Virus record (IMG/VR): IMGVR_UViG_3300043406_000106
Location: 1 to 29,854 of that record
DNA length: 29,854 nt
Strand: one strand, 5' to 3'
From: a virus
Lineage: Duplodnaviria; Caudoviricetes
Both the position numbers and the translations under genes were made by a program. Positions within the stretch are counted from its first letter, which is position 1; the number at the start of each line of letters is the position of its first letter. Below are positions 1 to 8,675 of this stretch, piece after piece. The notes below the pieces were generated by a model. The model was given only the letters and a program-made list of their open reading frames with translations. It was not told where the DNA came from and did no database searches.

Positions 1-1
1 C

Positions 2-1456
2 GGTCGCTGCGGCGTTGACGAGATCCTCGGTCGTGATCTCGCGCGCGCCGTCGTCAAACGCGGCGAACAGGGCGTCGGGCACCAGCGCGGCGATCTCTGA
101 GCCGGTGAACCCTTCGCTGCTCGCCGCGATCTGGGCCAGGTTGATGTTCGCAGCCTCGCGGTTGTGCTGACGCAGCGCGGCGCCGAGAATGGCGGCGCGC
201 TCGGTCGTGGTGGGCAGATCGACCCACCACACCTCGTCAAACCGCCCCTTGCGCAGCAGCTCGGGCGGCAGGTCTTCGACGTTGTTCGCCGTGGCGATGA
301 CGAAAGCCTCGCCGCGACGCTCTTGCATCCACGACAGCACGGCGCCGAGAGCATCGGACGACACGCCGCCGTCGGACGAGCCGGACGTGGCGCCTTGCAG
401 CGCCTTTTCGATCTCGTCAAACCAGACGACGCAACGCCCTATGGCTTCGATGACACCGAACGCCTTGCGCAGATTGCCCTCGGACTCGCCGACGAACTTG
501 CTCTTGAGGGCGCCGAGATCGACCCGCAGCAGCGGGACGCCCCACGAGGTCGCGATGGCCTTGGCGGTGAGCGACTTGCCGGTGCCGGGGATGCCGACGA
601 TCATCGCCCCCTTGGGCGCAGGCAACCCGAACTCGCGAGCCTTCGCGCTGTAGGCGCTGCGGCGCGACACGAGCCAGGACTTCAGGTTCTCCAGACCGCC
701 GACGGCGTCGAGCCCGCCGGGGATGGGGTCGTACCATTCGAGGACACGCTCGCGAGCCACGACACGCCGCTTCTCTTTCGCGACGATGGCGGGGTCGACC
801 TTGCGGAGCGAGACGAGCGATTTGGCGTAGCACGCGGCGGCCTCTTCGCCGCTCAGACCGACGGCCGCATCGATGGCCGCGTCGCGGGTGCCGTTGGGAG
901 CCGCCGACGCCTTGATCGTATCGGGCAGCCCTTCGATTGCCGCGTCCAGGATCGCGGCGATCTCGCCGCGGTCAGGCAACGGCCACTCGATCATCGTGGC
1001 GTGGCCGGCGAGCTCGATGGGGATGTCGCTCGACGGCGTGAGGATGATGATCGCCTGGGCGCTCTCACGCGCGATGCCAGGCAGCAGACGGGCGAGGTTG
1101 CGGAGTTGACGGCACGTCGCGGCGCCGGCGGGGCCGGTGAGCCACGAGTGAAGGTCGCGCATGATCCAGACGCCGCGCTCGCGGTTGAGGGTCACGGCGC
1201 GCTCTCGGATCTCGGCGAACGTCTCGCCCGGGTCACGGGAGCCGATGTTCGTCACCGAGCCGCCGAGATCGGCGACGCCCTGCGCAACGTCCCAGGTCCG
1301 CGGCACGTAGCCGGCCGCGCTGCTCGCCTCGATCAGGTAACGCTCGACCCGCGCCTCTTCGCGCGTCACCACCCACAGCAGCGGGTTGCGGGCACGGAGA
1401 AGGGCGGCGACGTCGGCGGCGATCAAATCGCTGCGGGTGTTTTTCGTCTCGGACAT
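2..1456 (-). CDS. Ycf46-like AAA+ ATPase (3' end runs off the window)
   Basis: Absent from the ORF track because there is no stop in the window. Manual translation from ATG 1456 (RBS AAAGGAGA): MSETKNTRSDLIAADVAALLRARNPLLWVVTREEARVE... Walker A GIPGTGKS, Walker B VVWFDEIEK, sensor IATANN, SRH LPPELLRKGRFDE, plus VGGLENLKSWL and SKFVGESE. Confidence 0.9.
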   Translation of the reverse strand, partial: MSETKNTRSDLIAADVAALLRARNPLLWVVTREEARVERYLIEASSAAGYVPRTWDVAQGVADLGGSVTNIGSRDPGETFAEIRERAVTLNRERGVWIMRDLHSWLTGPAGAATCRQLRNLARLLPGIARESAQAIIILTPSSDIPIELAGHATMIEWPLPDRGEIAAILDAAIEGLPDTIKASAAPNGTRDAAIDAAVGLSGEEAAACYAKSLVSLRKVDPAIVAKEKRRVVARERVLEWYDPIPGGLDAVGGLENLKSWLVSRRSAYSAKAREFGLPAPKGAMIVGIPGTGKSLTAKAIATSWGVPLLRVDLGALKSKFVGESEGNLRKAFGVIEAIGRCVVWFDEIEKALQGATSGSSDGGVSSDALGAVLSWMQERRGEAFVIATANNVEDLPPELLRKGRFDEVWWVDLPTTTERAAILGAALRQHNREAANINLAQIAASSEGFTGSEIAALVPDALFAAFDDGAREITTEDLVNAAAT

Positions 1457-1475
1457 CTTGTGGTCTCCTTTGGAA

Positions 1476-1528
1476 CGGAAGCGTTCCCGGAAACCCCCTG
1501 GGCGAACCCAGGGGGCAACCGGCAGCGT
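1476..1528 (-). promoter_or_regulatory. Intergenic stem-loop upstream of the AAA ATPase RBS (possible processing or stability element)
   Basis: Core CCCCCTGGG-TTCG-CCCAGGGGG on the minus strand, extended by flanking CCGG/CCGG pairing; no U-tract. Confidence 0.5.
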
Positions 1529-1529
1529 T

Positions 1530-1847
1530 TCAGCAGCTCGCCCAACCGAAAAACAGGAACTTGTCGCCGATGAGGTGGATGCAGCCGGCTGGTCCCCACT
1601 TGTCGCAAACGCGTTCGGCGTCGCGACGGAAGGCGGGGTTGGCGGGCTCGCTGTCCATGATCTCGCGGGCGTAGGCGAGAGGATCGCGATCCTTCGGCGG
1701 CGTGATCAGAACGAAGTCGTGCTTCTCGGCAATCGTGCCGGTGTAGCCGCCGTGTCCGCTTTCCCATTGCGCATCGCGAACCGCCGCCTGGAAAGCGTCG
1801 AGCGCGGTCTTGCCGCGTGCAGTCGTCTCGAATGTCGTGGCACCCAT
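1530..1847 (-). CDS. Phage hypothetical protein (GHGGYTGTIAEK ... DKWGPAGCI ... FFGWAS)
   Basis: ATG 1847 overlaps the upstream stop (TAATG) and has RBS GGGAGA. Protein-like composition and motifs I recall from phage early proteins. Confidence 0.8.
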   Translation of the reverse strand: MGATTFETTARGKTALDAFQAAVRDAQWESGHGGYTGTIAEKHDFVLITPPKDRDPLAYAREIMDSEPANPAFRRDAERVCDKWGPAGCIHLIGDKFLFFGWASC

Positions 1848-2038
1848 TAGCGTGTCTCCCAATTGTGGCGGGTCGCGCGTCCGGTGATGACGACGCGGTC
1901 GCCGTTGCGGGTTTCGATCAGCGCGAACATGCCGGCGACCGACGCGCGGATCGCGTCGGCCGTGTCATGGCATTCGGTGCGGATCAGTTCGTCGCCGACG
2001 TCGTTGTGAACGGCGACGATGATCGTGGCGCTTTTCAA
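1847..2038 (-). CDS. Hypothetical protein, 63 aa
   Basis: TTG start overlaps the upstream stop (TTGA) and its TAA overlaps the next ATG, so it is coupled at both ends. Confidence 0.6.
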   Translation of the reverse strand: MKSATIIVAVHNDVGDELIRTECHDTADAIRASVAGMFALIETRNGDRVVITGRATRHNWETR

Positions 2039-2199
2039 TTCGTCCTGCCGGCGCGGCGCGCCTCGTACATCGCCATCAACTGCTCAAGCGGCACGTCGAG
2101 CAGCCCTTTGACGCAATCGTGTGTCTGGAACGCCTTCTCCGTCTTGAAGGTCTGCGAGCAGCTCGTGCAACGGGCGTGGGCTTGTGTCGTCGTCTTCAT
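2035..2199 (-). CDS. Small zinc-finger-like protein, 54 aa (CxxC...HxC)
   Basis: Not in the ORF track. MKTTTQAHARCTSCSQTFKTEKAFQTHDCVKGLLDVPLEQLMAMYEARRAGRTN*. Strong RBS AAAGGAGACCA, identical to that of the ATPase gene. Confidence 0.75.
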   Translation of the reverse strand: MKTTTQAHARCTSCSQTFKTEKAFQTHDCVKGLLDVPLEQLMAMYEARRAGRTN

Positions 2200-2635
2200 T
2201 CGATGGTCTCCTTTGTCGGCTCACAAGCGAGCCCGGAGAGGCAGAGAGCGTTGCTAGCGCCCCTGCCCCGCCGGCCGCGTTTGTTGAGTGCGGTCAGGAT
2301 TCACCGAGCCCTCTTCCGCACGGGCGACGAAGCGCCGCTGGGCGTACTCTCGGGGGCTCGATTCAATTTCGTTCCGTTTCCGCGCGGGCGACGAAGCGCC
2401 ATCTGGGCGTACTCGGGAACGATTCATCCTCGCGTAAGGACGGGACATCTTGTGCAGCGTCGCGGCGTGACCCGAATTTTACACCTTCGCCCCGAAGGGC
2501 TCGGCTCTCGGCTGCCAGCGTGTCTCGTCTTTCCGCGCCTCTCGCAAGTCACCCTGCCGTATCGCAAATCTCTCGGGTGATTCCTTGGCCCCTCGCGGGG
2601 TGTGTCGGCGCGTCGCTCTCCTGTCAATCAATCGC
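2200..2635 (-). ncRNA. Putative long structured 5' leader or ncRNA of the leftward operon
   Basis: About 435 nt with no convincing ORF between a predicted promoter and the first RBS. Many hairpins on the minus strand (CCCC-GCGA-GGGG, GCCC-TTCG-GGGC, the tandem AGTA/GAA units, a long hairpin at ~2223-2284). Confidence 0.5.
2298..2426 (-). repeat. Tandem ~62-nt structured repeat, two units delimited by three GATTCA
   Basis: 2314-2349 ttccgcacgggcgacgaagcgccgctgggcgtactc versus 2378-2414 ttccgcgcgggcgacgaagcgccatctgggcgtactc. Each is closed by a different complementary outer stem. Confidence 0.85.
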
Positions 2636-2641
2636 AACTCT

Positions 2642-2670
2642 ATCTTACGTCCGCCCTTTCGGCGGGTAAA
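2642..2670 (-). promoter_or_regulatory. Sigma70-like promoter for the leftward operon
   Basis: Minus strand TTTACC (2670-2665), 17-nt spacer, TAAGAT (2647-2642). Confidence 0.6.
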
Positions 2671-2688
2671 GGCGCAAGCCGCCTCAAA

Positions 2689-2701
2689 TATCAATGAGTT
2701 A
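2689..2701 (+). promoter_or_regulatory. IHF consensus site
   Basis: TATCAATGAGTTA matches WATCAANNNNTTR, in the intergenic region upstream of terS. Confidence 0.45.
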
Positions 2702-2769
2702 GCCGCGATTTTGGCCGATTTCCTCGCAAAATCGCGATTTCCGCTTTCCACCGACGAAAGAAAGAAGAC

Positions 2770-3213
2770 ATGCCCGCTTTCGTGCCGACGCCCGAACAAC
2801 GCTCGACGGTCGAGACGATGACCGCCTACGGCGCGCGGCAGGACGACATCGCGGCCATTCTCGGCATCGATCCGAAGACGCTGCGCAAGCATTTCGCCGA
2901 GCAGATCGCGCTGGGCACGGTGAAGGCCAACGCCAAGGTCGCTGAGTCGCTTTTCAAGAAGGCGGTCGGCTTCCACTACAAGGCGCAGCGGGCCTTCATG
3001 CACAAGGGCAAGGCGGTCGTGGTGGACTACACCGAGTACCAGCCGCCCGACACCGTGTCGGCGATCTTCTGGCTGAAGACGCGCGCGGGCTGGTCTGAAT
3101 ACTCGCCGGCGCCGGCAGAGCGGCCGGTGCAGCTCGGCAAGAAGGAAGAGGCCGACCGCGCCGCGCAGACCGCCGAAGAGGGCACCGGCTGGGCGAGCCT
3201 GATCCGCCACTGA
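2770..3213 (+). CDS. terS: Terminase small subunit
   Basis: N-terminal HTH (QDDIAAILGIDPKTLRKHF), ANAKVAESLFKKAVG and AIFWLKTRAGW; the stop overlaps the TerL start. Confidence 0.85.
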   Translation: MPAFVPTPEQRSTVETMTAYGARQDDIAAILGIDPKTLRKHFAEQIALGTVKANAKVAESLFKKAVGFHYKAQRAFMHKGKAVVVDYTEYQPPDTVSAIFWLKTRAGWSEYSPAPAERPVQLGKKEEADRAAQTAEEGTGWASLIRH

Positions 3214-4892
3214 TGCTCGATCTGTCGTGTCGAGACTGGGAAGCGAAGATCCGAGAGGGCCGCTCCCTGGTCCCGGCTGTGTCGGTGAACGCCGACGAGG
3301 CGAAGGCCGCCGTAGGCATCTTCAACCTGCTCCACATCCCCGACGTGCCGGGCACGCCGACGATGAAGAGCGCCGCGGGCGAGTGGTTCCGCGAGATCGT
3401 GCGGGCGCTGTTTGGATCGTTCGACCCGACCACCGGCGAGCGCGCGATCCGCGAGCTGTTTCTGCTGGTGCCGAAGAAATCGGGGAAGACGACCTATTCG
3501 GCGGCGCTGATGCTGATTGCGTTGCTGCGCAACACGCGGCCGCGCGCCGAGTTCATCCTGACCGGCCCGACGCAGGAGGTGGCAGAACTCGCCTTCCGCC
3601 AGGCCGAGGGCATGATCGCCTGCGACCCCGACGGCTTCTTGCAGAAGCGCCTCGACCCCAAGCCGCATCTCAAGATCATCGTGGATCGCCGCACGAAGGC
3701 GGTGCTGCGGATCAAGACCTTCGACACGAGCGTGGCGACGGGCCCGAAGCCTGCCGGCATCCTGATTGACGAGCTGCACGAGGTCGCCCGCATCGCGAAG
3801 GCTGGGTCGATCATCGGCCAGCTTCGCGGCGGCATGGTCTCGCAGCCGGAAGCGTTCCTGGCCTTCATCACGACCCAATCGGATCAGCCGCCGCAGGGCG
3901 CGTTCGCCGACGAGCTGAGCGTGGCGCGCAGGGTGCGCGACGGCGTGCTGCAGGGCATACCGATGCTGCCGGTCATCTACGAGTTCCCGCACGACATGCA
4001 GCGGGACCGTTCGTGGCGCGACCCGCAGAACTGGTGGATGGTCACGCCGAACCGCGGCAAGTCGGTGACCGTCGAGCGGCTGCAATCGGACTTCATCGCG
4101 GCCGAGGCGAAGGGCGACGCGGAGATCCGGCGGTGGTGCTCGCAGCACCTAAACATTCAGATCGGCATCGCCACGCGCGCCGATGGTTGGGCAGGCGCAG
4201 AGCTGTGGGATCGCGGCGTCGAGGAAGGCTTGACGCTGGAGAAGATCCTGGCGCGCTGCGAGGTGGTGACTGTCGGCATCGACGGCGGCGGGCTCGATGA
4301 TCTGCTCGGCCTCGGCGTGATCGGGCGCGAGCGTGGGACGAAGCGCTGGCTGGGCTGGGCCCGCGCGTGGGTCTCGCCAGAGGGCATGGAACGGCGCAAG
4401 GCCAACAGTCCGCGCTATCAGGACTTCATGGACGACGGCGATCTGCAATTGGTCGAGAAGCTGCCGCTGGACGTCGAGGCGGTCGTCGCGGTCGTCAAGC
4501 AGATAGACGACGCCGGGCTCCTGGCCGAGGTGGGCGTGGATGCCGCGGGCATCGGCGCCATCGTGGATGCGCTGGGCGAGATCGGGGTTACGACCGCCGA
4601 TGATTCGAAGCTGGCTGCGGTCAAGCAGGGCATCGCGCTCATGGGCGCGATCAAGACGATTGAGCGCAAGCTCGCCGACGGCTCCTTCCTGCACGGCGGC
4701 GCGCGAATGATGGCCTGGTGCGTCGGCAACGCCAAGGTGATGCCGACGGCGACCGCGATGCGGATCGCGCGCGACGAATCCGGTTACGGCAAGATCGACC
4801 CGCTGATGGCGCTGTTCAACGCCGCGGCGATGATGGCGCTCAACCCCGCCGGTGGCGGCAAGATCACCAGGGCCGAGGAGGTCATTTTCTAA
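3213..4892 (+). CDS. terL: Terminase large subunit
   Basis: Walker A VPKKSGKTT, Walker B ILIDELH, coupling motif ITT, nuclease motifs GIDGGGLDDL and KIDPLMA. Confidence 0.97.
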   Translation: MLDLSCRDWEAKIREGRSLVPAVSVNADEAKAAVGIFNLLHIPDVPGTPTMKSAAGEWFREIVRALFGSFDPTTGERAIRELFLLVPKKSGKTTYSAALMLIALLRNTRPRAEFILTGPTQEVAELAFRQAEGMIACDPDGFLQKRLDPKPHLKIIVDRRTKAVLRIKTFDTSVATGPKPAGILIDELHEVARIAKAGSIIGQLRGGMVSQPEAFLAFITTQSDQPPQGAFADELSVARRVRDGVLQGIPMLPVIYEFPHDMQRDRSWRDPQNWWMVTPNRGKSVTVERLQSDFIAAEAKGDAEIRRWCSQHLNIQIGIATRADGWAGAELWDRGVEEGLTLEKILARCEVVTVGIDGGGLDDLLGLGVIGRERGTKRWLGWARAWVSPEGMERRKANSPRYQDFMDDGDLQLVEKLPLDVEAVVAVVKQIDDAGLLAEVGVDAAGIGAIVDALGEIGVTTADDSKLAAVKQGIALMGAIKTIERKLADGSFLHGGARMMAWCVGNAKVMPTATAMRIARDESGYGKIDPLMALFNAAAMMALNPAGGGKITRAEEVIF

Positions 4893-6265
4893 TGTCATTC
4901 TTCCGCCGCTGGCTCGACCGATTCAAGACGAAGGCAACCACGACCGACACCGGCGGCTGGTTTGTCGACTGGATGCGCGGCGGCACCTCCAGCCAAGCCG
5001 GGATTGCGGTGAGCTCGACGTCGGCGCAGCGTTGTGCGGCGGTGTTCGCCTGCGTCGAGGTCGTCTCGCAGGACGTCGCGAAGACGGCGCTGCCGCTCTA
5101 TCGCCAGCTGCGCAATGGCGACCGCGAGCGGGTGACGAACCATCCGCTCTACGATCTGATCTCGGTGGCGCCGAACGGGTGGCAGACCTCTTTCGAGTGG
5201 CGCCACATGATGCAGGGCCACGTCGAGCTGCGCGGCAACGCCTATAGCTATGTCGAGCGCGATGGGCGCGGGCGGCCGCTGGCGTTGTGGCCCATGCACC
5301 CCGATTGCGTCACCGTGCTGTTGGGGCAGGACGGGCGTTCGCTGTACTACGAGTATCGCGAGCCGGCGGCGCTGGGCGGGGAGACTCACCGCTTCCCGCA
5401 GGCCGACGTGCTGCACATCCGCACGCGCGCCGAGGACGGCATTCACGGCCTGTCGCGGATCAGTCTCGGACGCGAAGCCATCGGCCTGGCGCTCGCGATG
5501 GAGCAGCACGGCGCGAAGCTGTTCGCCAATGGCGCGCTGTTCACGGGCGTGCTGCAGACCGACAAGCAGTTCACCACGCAGGAAGAGGCCGACCGCGCGC
5601 GCGAGCTGTTCGCCGCGCGCTACACCGGCAACGAGAACATGTGGAAGCCGGCGCTGCTCCACAACGGTCTCAAGTGGCAGCAGATGTCGATGACCGCGGA
5701 CGACGCGCAATTCATCGAGGCGCGCGTCGGCCAGGTGGTCGAGGTGGCGCGCCTGTTCCGCGTGCCGCCGCACATGATCGCAGAGCTGTCGCGCTCGACG
5801 TTCTCCAACATCGAGCATCAATCAATCGAGTACGTGGTGGGCTCGCTGCTGCCGCGTTTCGCGGCCTTCGAGCAGCGGCTCAACGCAACGCTGCTCGGGG
5901 CCGGCGATCTCTATTTCGAGTTCCTCGCCGACAGCCTGCTGCGCGGCGACCAGCAGAGTCGGTACGCGGCATACGGCATGGCCCGGCAGTGGGGGATTAT
6001 GTCGGTGAACGACATCCGCCGCCTCGAAAACATGCCGAACATCGGGGCGCAGGGCGACATCTACCTGCAACCCGGGAACATGATCGACGCGAGCAAGCCG
6101 CCGCCCGTCGCCGCACCGCCGGCGCCGACTCCGCCAGCGCCGACTGACCAATCCGCTCCGCCGAGCGAGGACACATTGCGCCTCATGCGCGCCTGGATCG
6201 ACGCACGCCTAGCGTCGCCCGCGCCGCAGCGGCTGAACGGGAAGGAAGGGCACGGACATGCCTGA
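4892..6265 (+). CDS. HK97-family portal protein
   Basis: ATG 4892 overlaps the TerL stop. AVFACVEVVSQDVAK, LRGNAY, VARLFRVPPHMI, TFSNIEHQ, GIMSVNDIRRLENM; Pro-rich C-terminal tail. Confidence 0.97.
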   Translation: MSFFRRWLDRFKTKATTTDTGGWFVDWMRGGTSSQAGIAVSSTSAQRCAAVFACVEVVSQDVAKTALPLYRQLRNGDRERVTNHPLYDLISVAPNGWQTSFEWRHMMQGHVELRGNAYSYVERDGRGRPLALWPMHPDCVTVLLGQDGRSLYYEYREPAALGGETHRFPQADVLHIRTRAEDGIHGLSRISLGREAIGLALAMEQHGAKLFANGALFTGVLQTDKQFTTQEEADRARELFAARYTGNENMWKPALLHNGLKWQQMSMTADDAQFIEARVGQVVEVARLFRVPPHMIAELSRSTFSNIEHQSIEYVVGSLLPRFAAFEQRLNATLLGAGDLYFEFLADSLLRGDQQSRYAAYGMARQWGIMSVNDIRRLENMPNIGAQGDIYLQPGNMIDASKPPPVAAPPAPTPPAPTDQSAPPSEDTLRLMRAWIDARLASPAPQRLNGKEGHGHA

Positions 6266-7121
6266 TCGTACAATCTTCGGCTCGATTGACGGGTTCCGCG
6301 CGGCCGCGCAGCAGCCCGAGGCGCCCGCCAACGCTCATGTTCGCGCGTCGCTGGACACCGAGATCAAGAAGCCCGAGGGCGACTCGCGCACGCTGACGTT
6401 TGCGATCAGCTCGCCGTCGGTCGACCGCATGGGCGACACCATCGCGGTGGCCGGCTGGAAGCTCGACAACTACCGCAAGAACCCGGTGGTGCTGTTCGGG
6501 CACGACGCCTCGTCCCTCCCGGTGGCGAAGGCCACAAAGGTGTGGATCGAGGGCGACCGCCTGATGGCGGAGGCCGAGTTCACGCCGAAGGGAATGGCGC
6601 GCTTCAACGACACCGTCTTTGACATGCTCAAGGGCGGCTTCCTGAATGCCACGAGCGTCGGCTTCGCGCCGCTCAGGTATGCGTTCACCGATGACCCGCA
6701 GCGCCGCTTCGGCATCGACTTCCTGGAGCAGGAGCTCCTGGAGTTCTCGGTGGTGCCCGTGCCGGCGAACCCTGACGCGCTGCTCACCGGCAAGGCCGCA
6801 GGCATCGACGTCGAGCCGATGGTCGAATGGCACAAGGCCGCGCTCGCCAGCATCGGTCTGTCCTCGGTGCCCGCCGCGCGCCTCTCAGCCATCGAGGCGC
6901 TGCCGAAGAAGTTCCGCTCCATAGCGAAGGGCATGCCCGACAGCGCCAAGGGCGCGCGCGGCCAGTTCCGCCGCATCGCGAACGACATCGAAGAGGCGCT
7001 CGGCGTCACAGCCGAAGCCTCCGATCCGGCCGCTTCCGCGGTCGAGAAGACTCCCCGCGAGACCCCGCGCCTGGTCATGGCGCGGCGTCGGCTTGAGCAG
7101 GCTCGCCGCAAGCTCGCGTAG
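6258..7121 (+). CDS. HK97-family prohead maturation protease
   Basis: VDRMGD, NPVVLFGHD, ATSVGF, LLEFSVVPVPANPDA; located between portal and capsid genes. Confidence 0.95.
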   Translation: MPDRTIFGSIDGFRAAAQQPEAPANAHVRASLDTEIKKPEGDSRTLTFAISSPSVDRMGDTIAVAGWKLDNYRKNPVVLFGHDASSLPVAKATKVWIEGDRLMAEAEFTPKGMARFNDTVFDMLKGGFLNATSVGFAPLRYAFTDDPQRRFGIDFLEQELLEFSVVPVPANPDALLTGKAAGIDVEPMVEWHKAALASIGLSSVPAARLSAIEALPKKFRSIAKGMPDSAKGARGQFRRIANDIEEALGVTAEASDPAASAVEKTPRETPRLVMARRRLEQARRKLA

Positions 7122-7171
7122 CTATCCAGCTATCCAACCCCGAAGGGTTCCCGCCGCAAGGCGGAGGTGTG

Positions 7172-7192
7172 GCCGCCGAAAGGCGGCTTTTT
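7172..7192 (+). terminator. Rho-independent terminator-like hairpin
   Basis: GCCGCC-GAAA-GGCGGC followed by TTTTT. Confidence 0.65.
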
Positions 7193-7268
7193 CGTGTCGG
7201 GTCTTCGGCCCCGACCGATCCCACGAGCGCCCGCGAAGCCCGCGCGCGCCGTTCCCGGGATCACACCT

Positions 7269-8597
7269 ATGTCCAATCGTCTCAAGGCCCTTCGCGAAAA
7301 GCAGGGCACCATCGCTGACAGCATGGAGAAGTTGCTCGCCACGGCGCAGGCCGACGCGCGCGACCTCACCGACGAAGAGCAGCAGGTCTTCGGCGATCTC
7401 GAAAAGGATTTCGAGGACGGCAAGAAGGCCATCGCGCGCGAAGAGCGCGTGGAGGCCGTCCGCGCCTCGCTGGCGAAGCCTCTGCCCGCCGACGTCACGG
7501 CCACCAAGACGACCGTGCCGGCCGCTGCGCGCGTGCGCTACGGCAAGCTGAAGGCGTTCCGCGGCGAGGGCGCCGAGGAAGCGGCCTATCGCTCGGGCCA
7601 ATTCATCCTGGCGACGATGCTGGGTCACGAGAAGGCCGCGGCGTGGTGCCGTGAGAACGGCGTCGTGATCCAGAAGGCGCAGAGTGAGGGCGTCAACTCG
7701 GCCGGTGGCTTCCTCGTCCCCACCGAGTTCAACCAGGCGATCATCGACCTGCGCGAAGAGTTCGGCACGTTCCGCCAGAACTGCCAGGTCATCCCGATGG
7801 GCTCGGATGCGATGACCATTCCGCGCCGCGCCGGCGGCCTCACCGCGTACTTCGTCGGCGAGGGCGTGGCGGCGACCGAGTCCTCGAAGACGTGGGATCA
7901 GGTCAGCCTCGCGGCCAAGAAGGTGGCCGTGCTGGCGAAGATGTCGACCGAATTGGCCGACGACGCCGTGATCTCCATCGCTGACGACCTGGCGAAGGAG
8001 ATGGCCTACGCCTTCGCGGTGAAGGAAGACGCTTGCGGCTGGAACGGCGACGGCAATGCCGGCACCTACGGCGGCATCACCGGCGTCCGCACCAAGATCA
8101 TCGATGGCACGCACACTGCCTCGGCGGTCGATGGCGCCACCAACCACGACACCTTCGCGGAGATCGACGCCAACGACCTCGCGGCCGTGATGGCGAAGTT
8201 GCCGAAATACGCCGAGCGCGGTGCCAAGTGGTACTGCTCCAGCGTCGCGTGGGCTGCGTTGTTCCAGCGTCTCGTTGCGGCCGGTGGCGGCGTGACGATG
8301 ATGGAGCTGACCGGCGGCAAGCCATCGCGCAGCTACCTCGGCTATCCGGTCGTGATCGACCAGACGCTGCCGACCAGCACCGGCGATCTCTCCGACGTCG
8401 CGATGCTGTTCTTCGGTGACCTGTCGCTGGCCGCGACCATGGGCGAGCGCCGCGGAGTGACGATCAAGAGCTCCGAGCACCGCTACATGGATCTCGATCA
8501 GATCGGCATCTTCGGCAACGAGCGCGTCGACATCAACGTCCACGACCTCGGCGACAACTCGACCGCTGGGCCGCTGATCGCGCTCATCGGCGACTAA
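7269..8597 (+). CDS. HK97-fold major capsid protein with N-terminal delta (scaffold) domain
   Basis: ATG 7269 (MSNRLKALREK..., coiled coil), AGGFLVPTEF, AYFVGEG, YLGYPVV, LFFGDLS. Confidence 0.96.
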   Translation: MSNRLKALREKQGTIADSMEKLLATAQADARDLTDEEQQVFGDLEKDFEDGKKAIAREERVEAVRASLAKPLPADVTATKTTVPAAARVRYGKLKAFRGEGAEEAAYRSGQFILATMLGHEKAAAWCRENGVVIQKAQSEGVNSAGGFLVPTEFNQAIIDLREEFGTFRQNCQVIPMGSDAMTIPRRAGGLTAYFVGEGVAATESSKTWDQVSLAAKKVAVLAKMSTELADDAVISIADDLAKEMAYAFAVKEDACGWNGDGNAGTYGGITGVRTKIIDGTHTASAVDGATNHDTFAEIDANDLAAVMAKLPKYAERGAKWYCSSVAWAALFQRLVAAGGGVTMMELTGGKPSRSYLGYPVVIDQTLPTSTGDLSDVAMLFFGDLSLAATMGERRGVTIKSSEHRYMDLDQIGIFGNERVDINVHDLGDNSTAGPLIALIGD

Positions 8598-8609
8598 GCC
8601 ACCACCACA

Positions 8610-8675
8610 GCGGCGCGCGTCCTCTGACGCGCGCCGCGCTCTCCCTCATTCGCGCGGCGCCGCGAGGCGGCCGCA
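8610..8675 (+). promoter_or_regulatory. Two GC-rich hairpins after the capsid gene
   Basis: GCGGCGCGCGTC-CTCT-GACGCGCGCCGC, then a GCGA-capped hairpin; no clear U-tract. Confidence 0.45.

Noticed and set aside
164-1573. 469-aa plus-strand ORF
   Set aside because: Antisense shadow of the minus-strand AAA ATPase, which has clear motifs and an RBS.
2298-2426. CRISPR mini-array
   Set aside because: Only two imperfect repeats, and the intervening sequence forms the closing stems rather than a unique spacer; no cas genes in the window.
2366-2426. Glutamine (glnA) riboswitch, suggested by the CGTTC/GAACG stem
   Set aside because: The three-way junction and conserved core order do not match by eye; an Rfam scan would settle it.
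2622-2627. TTGACA -35 element on the minus strand
   Set aside because: No plausible -10 at 16-18 nt spacing; the TTTACC/TAAGAT pair upstream fits better.
4718-4891. Upstream GTG/TTG extensions in the ORF track (also 7167, 9208, 10305, 14277, 16797, 17690, 20255, 28894)
   Set aside because: They overlap upstream genes or hairpins. Downstream starts have an RBS, a stop-start overlap, or mark where family-like sequence begins.
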